In this document: positions 62,248 through 64,000 of the stretch, piece by piece
How positions within the stretch are numbered: position 1 is the first letter of the stretch
How the letters are laid out: each line of letters opens with the position of its first letter
Assembly (NCBI GenBank): GCA_033442325.1
Contig: JAWQFM010000013.1
Coordinates: forward strand, 210,069 to 274,068
DNA from: Salpingoeca rosetta
Lineage: Eukaryota; Protista; Choanoflagellata
Direction: 5' to 3'
DNA length: 64,000 bases
Made by a program: the position numbers and the translations under genes
Notes under the pieces: generated by a model
Database searches by the model: none
The model's input: only the letters and a program-made list of their open reading frames with translations
What the model was told of the DNA's origin: nothing

Positions 62248-63287
62248 TTGTATTTGTTTGCGTGTGTGCGACCAGGCTGGACCGATTTGATGTGCATGCG
62301 CAATCCGCGACCATCACGCAGATCCTCAGCAGCGACGAGGGCATCCGCAAGCTCCACACAGAGCTGGTGTGACAGTCATGTTCTGTCATTGTGCTATGTG
62401 TATATGTGTGTGAGTGTTTGTTTATGTTTGTGTGTGTGTGTGTGCAATTGTGTGTTGAATCTCGCGTGTTTGCATTCTGTGCATTCCCATGTTACCCTTC
62501 CTTCCTTCCTTCCTTCCTTCCTTCCTTCCTTCCTTCCCATCTCACTCAACCCATGTTCTGTGCGACGTTGCTCCATTGCTTGCAGATCCCGACCCACACC
62601 ACGTACCGCCTCTTCTGGGCCCGCCACTTCTTCCAAACACACGCGTCCCAGGTAGAGACGCACGGATGCGCACGCGTGCATGCAGGAAAACGCCCCCTTC
62701 CCTTTCATTCATGGCCACAACCAGCACTCCTGCACGCGCTTTCCAAACTTCCAATCTTTCCCATGTAACCACACACACACGCACATGCACACGCACACAC
62801 ACACACACACATCTTCATCTGCTGTGATTGTTGGTACCAGGCGCAGCAGGCAAAACGGTCTGAGTTGGTGAAGCGCATGCAGGCCTCTGTCAAACACGAC
62901 GCAGACAGCGATGACGACTTCTCAGACTGGGTATGGCCGTTGCGTGCGTGATTGGTGATGTGGATGGATGGCATAGAATTGATCAGGTGGCTCGTTGGTG
63001 CATCGTAGCTCTGTGTGTGTGTGTGTGTGGGTGGGTGTGTGTGGGTGTGTGTGGGTGTGGGTGTGTGTGGGTGTGGTGCGTGTCCTTGGACTCACATGCT
63101 ACTGCTGCTGCTGCCGCTCACGGGACCCCTGATCGTGATCGTGTGGTTGCAACAATCAGGGTGCTGAGAGCGATGGTGGTGATGACGATGATGACCAAGA
63201 TGCCGCAATGCCTGAACGACGCGACATCACGCCAACACGGACGACAACATCGGATGGTGGCACCGATGTGACAACGACGGCAGCATC

Positions 63288-63344
<57 letters not shown>

Positions 63345-63930
63345 CCCGAAGAGCACGGTGGATGGTGGCGATCAGAGCAAAGCCGCTGACGAGAGCACCG
63401 CTGACGGAACGACAATCACGGACACGGCGGCTGTGACGGATAAGAATGAGGAGGGTACGTATACGGGTGTGGATACAGGTGTGGTAGACGCGGCTGTGAC
63501 GGCGCTGGTGAATGCAACAGCAGCCAGCGGCCTGGCCAAGGCGGTGGAGGAGGAGGAGCAGGAGCAGGAGGGGAAAGAAGAGGAGGAAAAGGAAAAGGAA
63601 GAGATTGAGGAGGACGATGATGAAGAAGAGCAGGATGAGCAGGAGGGAGAGGGGGAGGAAGCGAACGAACAACCACAACCACAACCACAACCACGCAGCC
63701 ACCAACAGCCTCAGCAATCCCAAGGCGATGACGACCAACAACAGGAACCACAACAGGAACCCTCGCAGCCGCAAGCACCGGGCACTGCTCCCCAGAGCAT
63801 GTTTGATTGGGACGATGACCTTGATGATCTTGATGACGACGATGATGAGCTGGCCACCATTGGTGGGCCCGTCGTAGATGCTGCTGCTGTTGGCGGCGAC
63901 GACGACGAAGATGACTGGGGCGAATGGTGA
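61480..63930 (+). CDS. BSDC1: BSD-domain protein (BSDC1-like) with an acidic tail
   Basis: [13 protein letters not shown]|[12 protein letters not shown]; [13 protein letters not shown]|LDRFDV...IRKLHTEL|[16 protein letters not shown] (BSD FW motif); C-terminal DDWGEW*. Confidence 0.85.
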
Positions 63931-64000
63931 TGCCCTCACTTGCAACACACGCTTTTTGCTCTTTGAGAAGCACGCGTGTGTGTGTGTGTGTGTGTGTGTG

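Overview
Eukaryotic, intron-rich genomic DNA with microsatellite-filled introns ((CA)n/(TG)n etc.) and seven N-gaps. The style and gene content suggest a unicellular holozoan, probably a choanoflagellate such as Salpingoeca (inference, not verified). Most long ORFs in the six-frame track are microsatellite or antisense artefacts, so I rebuilt genes by hand from GT-AG splice sites. In order: 3' part of a Ty3/Gypsy chromovirus (RT, RNase H, integrase, chromodomain, PPT, 3' LTR); a long minus-strand helical/coiled-coil/PH-like gene (possibly two genes); a Q-rich hypothetical gene; an aftiphilin-like gene with at least 15 DDEFASF repeats; an apparent RGS-domain + WDPCP/Fritz fusion gene; a Kir-family channel with a non-canonical filter (GYT instead of GYG); RPLP2; RPS16; NCKAP1/Nap1; a small divergent RRM gene; a secreted Cys-rich/poly-Thr protein; a p24/TMED9-type gene; CMSS1/Cms1; and a BSD-domain gene. 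The standout is 49452-51582 (+): a nearly intronless gene encoding a bacterial/phage toxin-type RelA/SpoT small alarmone synthetase domain with all core motifs intact, followed by a degenerate second copy. This is a candidate horizontally acquired, self-regulated (p)ppApp/(p)ppGpp or tRNA-pyrophosphorylating system in an animal relative. All family assignments come from motif recognition by eye; no database searches were run.
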